Positions 58,700 through 64,000 of a stretch of DNA of 64,000 nt are shown here, one piece after another (position 1 is the stretch's first letter; every line of letters starts with the position of its first letter). A model generated the notes under the pieces. That model saw only the letters and a program-made list of their open reading frames with translations, was not told the DNA's origin and ran no database searches. This stretch comes from a virus. The position numbers were made by a program, and so were the translations under genes. Location of the stretch: the IMG/VR virus record IMGVR_UViG_3300031521_000025, positions 32,001 through 96,000 of that record; one strand, written 5' to 3'.

Positions 58700-59778
58700 T
58701 GAGTATAGATTCAAAAATAGGTTATGAAATTATCGATAATTATGTAGATTCCTTAAAAAAAGAGGAATTAATTCCTTTGGTAACTAAATTACTTAAAGAA
58801 TCTGATAGTCAAAAAACTTTATTGTCTAATTTAGTTGATTCTTTTATTAAAGTTAATAATGATGACCAAATTATAGAAGAAAACTGGGATTGGTTTGTTG
58901 AAACTTTAAATCAAGTAGAAAAAGAGAAAGAGTTTATTCAATTTTGTAGAAAAATTAACATAAAACTATATGTTTTAAGACATTTTACTAAAATTAAATT
59001 TGGTGATGCTAAATTTATTGAAAATGAATTAAAGTTTAAATTAAAAACATATTTTAATTTACTTAAAGCAAACACTAAATCAAAATTTATTCAAAATTTA
59101 TATGATTTGCCTTTCGAATTTTCTTCTTTATTAGTTAGATATTACACAAATATTTTAATTGAAGAAGAAGAAAAAAGAGATGCTTTTAAAGCTTCAAAAA
59201 AAATTGCTGATACTTGCTTAAAAGATGTTTTAGAAAAGAAAAATGATTTTTTAAAACAAATTAATGATATTTCATTAGGATTATATACAAATATTTCTTA
59301 TGGAGTTATTAAAGAATTGCTTGATATGAGGGTCTTTTTTAACTATAATGCTTTAAATGCAGGAGCTCTTGAGTTTATTGTAAGATTTATCAACTCTAAA
59401 GAAAAAGAATTAGAAGAAAAATATGGAAAAAATTCTTCAGAATTAACAAAAGAGTTAATTTTTTCATACCCATGTTATATTTTTCATATAAAAAGAATTA
59501 AAGAAGGAAAAGATGCTCCTTTTTTCTTGGAAAATGGAACACAAAACGAAAAAAAGGAATTTACATATGATGATTATGTTAAAAAGATTTTAGAACCTAA
59601 GAATTATTCTCCTACAACAAGAGAATTTGGAGATACTGTTGATATAGATTCAGAAATGGAAAACTCTGAACTTTCTTCCGATGATGAAGGTGGTAGTTTA
59701 GAAATGGGTAGTGAAGAACCTATTGAAAGTGTTGAAACTGAAGAACCTACAGAAGAAGATTTAATGTCTCAAATTTAA
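58699..59778 (+). CDS. Hypothetical protein with acidic C-terminal tail
   Basis: Coupled ORF (TAATG). Confidence 0.6.
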   Translation: MSIDSKIGYEIIDNYVDSLKKEELIPLVTKLLKESDSQKTLLSNLVDSFIKVNNDDQIIEENWDWFVETLNQVEKEKEFIQFCRKINIKLYVLRHFTKIKFGDAKFIENELKFKLKTYFNLLKANTKSKFIQNLYDLPFEFSSLLVRYYTNILIEEEEKRDAFKASKKIADTCLKDVLEKKNDFLKQINDISLGLYTNISYGVIKELLDMRVFFNYNALNAGALEFIVRFINSKEKELEEKYGKNSSELTKELIFSYPCYIFHIKRIKEGKDAPFFLENGTQNEKKEFTYDDYVKKILEPKNYSPTTREFGDTVDIDSEMENSELSSDDEGGSLEMGSEEPIESVETEEPTEEDLMSQI

Positions 59779-59829
59779 AATTTACTTTTTTTAGTTTTTT
59801 TTAAAATTTGTTGTATTTAAAACATATAT

Positions 59830-59901
59830 TGCGGGGTATATCAAGGGTGGATTAGCTGACTCATTATCAGCCGGTTGTCGGTTCGAGTCCGACCCCCGCT
59901 A
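59830..59901 (+). tRNA. tRNA with CAT anticodon (initiator-like Met), CCA not encoded
   Basis: Acceptor GCGGGG/CCCCGC with T1:T72 mismatch; anticodon arm GCTGA-CTCATTA-TCAGC (CAT at 59862-59864); T arm GTCGG-TTCGAGT-CCGAC. Confidence 0.88.
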
Positions 59902-59910
59902 CTAAATTTG

Positions 59911-59940
59911 AAAGAGTTAATTATTTAACTCTTTTTTTTT
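59911..59940 (+). terminator. Intrinsic terminator after the tRNA
   Basis: AAAGAGTTAA ... TTAACTCTTTTTTTTT. Confidence 0.75.
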
Positions 59941-60013
59941 GCTTTATTATTAATTGATTTTGGTTGCTATTTTTAGTTTTTATTTCTTATTTTAAATACA
60001 AAACAAAGTTATT

Positions 60014-60760
60014 ATGGCAAATGAAAATTTAGAAGAAGAAGATTTAATTTCGTTAGATGAAAATTCTAAAAACGAAGATTTTTTACAATCTCTTGTAGAA
60101 AAAATGGATGTTAAATATGAAAAGAAAAGTGAAAAGAAAAAAAACAAAAAACCTATGAAGTTAGAGAAAGAGTTTGAAGAAGAACCTAAAAAAGAAGTTG
60201 AAGAAAAACAAGAATCAACTTTAATATCAAACAATATTGAAGAACAAGTAATTATTCTTGATACACTTGAAAAAAAAGAACCTGAAAAAGAAATAATTGA
60301 AAGTATTGTTTTAAAAACTAAACCTGATAATGTTTTTGTTTATTCTTGTGTAGTTGGAGACTTTAAACACGAATATTATTCTTATTATGTTGCAGCTTAC
60401 ACTCCAAATAATTCTATTGAAATTATTGAGCCATTTCAAGCTGGTATAATGTCAGAAACTATTCTAAACAAAAAAACTGTAACTACAAAATATAAAAAAG
60501 AGTTAAAAGAATCTATATTTTTAAGTTTAGAAATAGGTGTTAATATTCAAACAGTAAAATATGACAAATGGATGAATTTAGAAAAAGAAAGAGTAGTAGA
60601 TCTTTTTGAAAAAACTGTTTTAAATGAATATAGAAAACTTAATAGAGAAATAAAAGTAAAAAAAGTTGATGTTGACAAAACAATTAACTATCACAATGTT
60701 TCTTATGAAGAAACTCCAGATCAAGTAAGACAAAGATTAGCAGGGCAAGTAGGCGGATGA
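60014..60760 (+). CDS. Hypothetical protein
   Basis: ORF with E/K-rich N-terminus. Confidence 0.6.
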   Translation: MANENLEEEDLISLDENSKNEDFLQSLVEKMDVKYEKKSEKKKNKKPMKLEKEFEEEPKKEVEEKQESTLISNNIEEQVIILDTLEKKEPEKEIIESIVLKTKPDNVFVYSCVVGDFKHEYYSYYVAAYTPNNSIEIIEPFQAGIMSETILNKKTVTTKYKKELKESIFLSLEIGVNIQTVKYDKWMNLEKERVVDLFEKTVLNEYRKLNREIKVKKVDVDKTINYHNVSYEETPDQVRQRLAGQVGG

Positions 60761-61284
60761 AAATAATTTCTAAAGAAGGGTTTTCTCTTTTAGAGAGAAA
60801 ATTTAAAGTTAAAATTAGTAAAGGGTATTTAAAACCTATTGTGTGTTTACATTTTTACGAAAAAGAAGATAGTTTAATAAAACAATTTAGAGATTATTTA
60901 TCTGATAGTGATGTAAGGTATAGTTTTAATTTTTACGATGTTGAAGTTTCTCAAACAGAGTTAATAAAAATTTTTGCAGACAAATATTTAGAAGATGGTA
61001 GATTTTGGTATTCTTATGATAAAATACATAATTGCAAAACTATGGATCACCAACAACTTTCAAATTGTGTAAATAATTTAGATATTTTATTGACTTTAAA
61101 CAAAATATCTTCTCAAAACGCGGAAGAGTATTTAAAAAACTTAAATGAATCTATAATCCCTGAATTAAAAGAAAGGTTTGGAGAAAATATTCTAGAATAT
61201 AAACCTTCAGGAGATTATGAGAAAACATTATTTAACGAATATTTAAAAATTATAAAAAAAGAAAAAAAAGATGTTAAAGAATAA
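60757..61284 (+). CDS. Hypothetical protein
   Basis: Coupled ORF (ATGA). Confidence 0.6.
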   Translation: MKIISKEGFSLLERKFKVKISKGYLKPIVCLHFYEKEDSLIKQFRDYLSDSDVRYSFNFYDVEVSQTELIKIFADKYLEDGRFWYSYDKIHNCKTMDHQQLSNCVNNLDILLTLNKISSQNAEEYLKNLNESIIPELKERFGENILEYKPSGDYEKTLFNEYLKIIKKEKKDVKE

Positions 61285-61678
61285 TTGCTTTTATAAATTG
61301 TTTGGTCATACAATTTATGTTTATGATTACAAACCATGGGGTGGAGATTATAAAGTTTTTTATAGAACTATAGATGGTAAAGAAGATTCTTATGTTGGAA
61401 GTATTTACGACATAAGAGAAGATTTTTCTGAAACTGAAGATGAATTTACTCTAAAACCTAAAGTAGATATAGAAAAACACTTACAAGTTCCTGAAAAAAC
61501 TAATATAGAACAAAAAAAAACAACTAATTATTATAAAATAGTTAAATATTATGATAATAGCAAAACAAAAGGTGTTGTTTTAAAAAAAGATATCTTTGGG
61601 AAAGATTTAGCTTATGCATTATTAGGTAATATAAAAAAAACAAACAAAAAAGACATTTTAGGTGTAGAAATACAGTAA
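61271..61678 (+). CDS. Hypothetical protein
   Basis: Overlapping ORF in the operon. Confidence 0.55.
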   Translation: MLKNNCFYKLFGHTIYVYDYKPWGGDYKVFYRTIDGKEDSYVGSIYDIREDFSETEDEFTLKPKVDIEKHLQVPEKTNIEQKKTTNYYKIVKYYDNSKTKGVVLKKDIFGKDLAYALLGNIKKTNKKDILGVEIQ

Positions 61679-61704
61679 AATAATTTAAAAAAAATTTGTT
61701 TCGT

Positions 61705-61756
61705 AAGGTTTTTAATTGTATTTTTACTCGTTATTTAAAATACAATTAAAAACCTT
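61705..61756 (+). terminator. 20-bp perfect inverted repeat upstream of dnaE (terminator/regulatory hairpin)
   Basis: AAGGTTTTTAATTGTATTTT (61705-61724) / AAAATACAATTAAAAACCTT (61737-61756). Confidence 0.65.
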
Positions 61757-61774
61757 TTTAATTTTAAAAAAAAT

Positions 61775-63361
61775 ATGAATTATTTACCCCTTGTTCAAGT
61801 CCACATGCACACCAGTGGTTCTTTATTAGATGGTGTTGGAAGTATTAAAAGATATATTCAAAAAGCTAAAGAATATAATCACCCAGCAATTTGTTGCACA
61901 GATCATGGAAATGCTATTTCTTTATATCAATTTTACAAAGAATGTAAAGAAGAAAAAATTAAACCTATTTTAGGTTGCGAGTTTTATGTTACTCCTAATT
62001 TAGATGTTAAATTGCAAAACAAAAAAAGAGAAGTTATTGATAGAGATAAACATCTTATCGTTTTAATAAAAAACGAACAAGGTTATAAAAACTTTTGTAA
62101 ATTAATACATTTTTCTTTTGTAGATGGTTATTATTATAAGCCGAGAATAACTTTTGATAAATTATGGGAAAACAAAGAAGGATTAGTTGTTTGTTCTGCT
62201 TGTGCCGCAGGTCCTATAAGTCAATTGATAACTAATGAAATGTTTAACGAAGCAGATGAATGGTTTAAGAAATTTAAATCTGAATTTGGGGAAGATTTTT
62301 ATGCAGAAATTCAATTAAATGAATTGGTTGGAAAAAAAGAAGAATTAGGTATTGATCAAAAAGAAATTAATGATTATATAATTAAATTAGCAAAAAAATA
62401 TAAAGTTAAAACTATTGTTTCTGGAGATATTCATTACGCAGATCAAGAAGATTCTAAATTGCAAGATATTGTAATTAATTGTATGCAAAGAAAAGATGGA
62501 GCTGCAACTGAAATGGGCCAATCTTTTATTCATGCAAGACGTTTATATTATCAATCATCAGAAGATTTTTTTCTTTTTAATAAAGAATTTGAATATCATT
62601 ATGATGAAGAGTTTTTGAAAGAATGTTTTGAAAATTCTTTAGAAATTGTAGATAAATGTAATTTTGATTTTAAAACGAATGTAAATAATTACCCAAAATT
62701 TCCTTTACCTGAAGGCACAGATTTAAAAAAACATGTTACTAAGTTGGCTTTTAAAGGGTTGGAAAAATTATTAGAGATTCGTATTGAAAAAGGAGAAGAA
62801 TTTAGTGATGAGTTTTTAGAACAATATGAAAAAAGAATAGAATACGAAATAAAAATAATTGCAGATAAAGGATATTTGGATTACTTTCTCGTTTATCATG
62901 ATATGATTAAATGGGCAAAAGAAAACGGACTTCAGGTAGGAATAGGGCGTGGTAGTGCTGCAGGATCTTTGTTGTCTTATTCATTGGGTATTATATCTCT
63001 TGATCCTATAGAACACGGGCTTTATTTCGAAAGATTTATGAACCCTGATAGAAATAGCCCCCCAGATATTGACTGTTTATTAGAAGACAGTTTAGTCTTA
63101 TTACCAGATAATTCTTTTAAAAAAATTATTGACTTACAAATTGGAGATGAAGTACAAACTAATGAAGGTGTTGCAATTGTTTTGTTGAAACAAAAAAGAA
63201 GCAAAAAAACAAAAGAAAAAATATTTGAAATTGAATCAGAAAAAGGGGGAATTTTAAGATTAAGTGAAGATCACATTATTCCTGTATTAAGAGAAAACGA
63301 AGGTTATAAAGAAATCAAAGTAAAAGATTTAAAAATTACTGATTTTTTAATAGGGATTTAA
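61775..63361 (+). CDS. dnaE: DNA polymerase III alpha subunit, N-extein (433 aa) fused to N-intein
   Basis: PHP motifs HMHTSGSLLDG, TDHG, GCEFY; GRGSAAGSL, FERFMNPDRNSPPDID|CLLEDS. Confidence 0.93.
   Translation: MNYLPLVQVHMHTSGSLLDGVGSIKRYIQKAKEYNHPAICCTDHGNAISLYQFYKECKEEKIKPILGCEFYVTPNLDVKLQNKKREVIDRDKHLIVLIKNEQGYKNFCKLIHFSFVDGYYYKPRITFDKLWENKEGLVVCSACAAGPISQLITNEMFNEADEWFKKFKSEFGEDFYAEIQLNELVGKKEELGIDQKEINDYIIKLAKKYKVKTIVSGDIHYADQEDSKLQDIVINCMQRKDGAATEMGQSFIHARRLYYQSSEDFFLFNKEFEYHYDEEFLKECFENSLEIVDKCNFDFKTNVNNYPKFPLPEGTDLKKHVTKLAFKGLEKLLEIRIEKGEEFSDEFLEQYEKRIEYEIKIIADKGYLDYFLVYHDMIKWAKENGLQVGIGRGSAAGSLLSYSLGIISLDPIEHGLYFERFMNPDRNSPPDIDCLLEDSLVLLPDNSFKKIIDLQIGDEVQTNEGVAIVLLKQKRSKKTKEKIFEIESEKGGILRLSEDHIIPVLRENEGYKEIKVKDLKITDFLIGI
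63074..63358 (+). mobile_element. Split intein N-half (95 aa) in dnaE
   Basis: CLLEDSLV...IDLQIGDEV...LRLSEDHIIPV...VKDLKITDFL then stop. Confidence 0.9.
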
Positions 63362-63376
63362 CGTCATAATCTATAA

Positions 63377-63604
63377 ATATACCAAAAAGATGATGTTAAC
63401 GTAAGAACACTAAGGTCAGCAAAAGATGTATGGGAAAAAGATAGAAAAAGAAAAGTTGATATAATTAATGCTTTAAATTCAGAAGTAATTGTTATATGGG
63501 AAAATGATTGGAAAACAAAAAAAGAAGAAATAATAAATTATATAAAATATGTTGTACAAAATAAAATCGATAAAGGAAATACAATCAGAAAAAAAACTTG
63601 TTGA
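63377..63604 (+). pseudogene. Remnant (C-terminal 75 codons) of a Vsr-like endonuclease
   Basis: No start codon; reads IYQKDD...SAKDVWEKDRKRK...EVIVIWENDWKTKKEEII, typical of the Vsr/EDxHD C-terminus. Confidence 0.7.
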
Positions 63605-63677
63605 TATTACTTTAAATAAAACTAATTTATTCTATGCAAAAAGTAAAGAAAGCAATCATTGCTTTCTTGTACATAAT
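63549..63677 (+). mobile_element. Split intein C-half (43 aa) in dnaE
   Basis: LVDITL..NLFYA and terminal VHN followed by Cys+1. Confidence 0.88.
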
Positions 63678-64000
63678 TGCGATGTGTCTGAAAGAGAGCC
63701 AATCAGAAAATATTTTGAAGAAAAATATGGCAAAGAATCTGTATATGGTGTAATGACTCAAACAGTATATCAAGTTAAATCTTCTTTACAAGACGCAAGT
63801 AGAGGTTTAGAAAAAGACACTTCTTTTCAGTCTACTTTAATGAGAGAAATTACTAAATTACCTGAACTTGATGACGCTAAAAACATTAAAGAATATTTTG
63901 ATAACTTAGCAAAGAATAATTCTTTATCAGATGCTTGTTATGATTGGTATACAGATAATCAAGATACTATTTATTGGGCGGACAAATTAATGGGGCTAAC
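63549..64000 (+). CDS. dnaE: C-intein fused to DnaE C-extein (partial, runs off the window)
   Basis: MLYKIKSIKE...LVDITLNKTNLFYA...FLVHN|CDVSEREPIRKYFEEKYG...KSSLQDASRGL; not in ORF track. Confidence 0.9.
   Translation, partial: MLYKIKSIKEIQSEKKLVDITLNKTNLFYAKSKESNHCFLVHNCDVSEREPIRKYFEEKYGKESVYGVMTQTVYQVKSSLQDASRGLEKDTSFQSTLMREITKLPELDDAKNIKEYFDNLAKNNSLSDACYDWYTDNQDTIYWADKLMGL

Noticed and set aside
503-63204. Short antisense or nested ORFs in the track (e.g. 503-811, 5686-5934, 15348-15701, 19424-19807, 28733-29185, 38773-39033, 54436-54777, 63022-63204)
   Set aside because: They lie within well-supported genes and have no motifs; treated as shadow ORFs.
1-64000. Stop-codon reassignment (TAG or TGA), suggested by in-frame continuation after TAG at 42808 and 44904
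   Set aside because: Long conserved genes are intact in the standard code, and TAG/TGA end genes at natural domain boundaries (10149, 34275, 36811).

Overview
Very AT-rich, gene-dense segment of a large (jumbo-type) contractile-tailed phage genome in the standard genetic code. The host is probably Bacteroidota: the encoded sigma factor has an ISCAVWWIK region-2 motif resembling the Bacteroidota primary sigma, and leaders are A-rich without Shine-Dalgarno sequences. 1-16.2 kb is a tail fibre/receptor-binding cluster. 16.2-33 kb holds accessory genes, a PolA-domain polymerase, tape measure and baseplate genes, HPRT and a RuvC-like resolvase. 33-64 kb is a replication and nucleotide-metabolism block: class II RNR, two QueC and two QueD homologues, SSB, RecA, 5'-3' exonuclease, DnaB, fused Mre11-Rad50, dNMP kinase, dUTPase-family, ClpP-like, sigma, a tRNA-CAT and DnaE. 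The main discovery is that three core genes (nrdJ, dnaB, dnaE) are each fractured by a naturally split intein with a free-standing endonuclease gene between the halves. The endonuclease is intact in nrdJ and dnaB and is a decayed remnant in dnaE, whose C-half is missing from the ORF track. Both intact endonuclease genes, although from different nuclease families, have the same control design. A perfect 14-bp or 16-bp inverted repeat encloses the start codon, and its upstream arm ends inside a recurrent TATTTAAA promoter-like motif. This predicts silencing on read-through mRNA and release on internally initiated mRNA. All family assignments are by motif recognition, not database searches.
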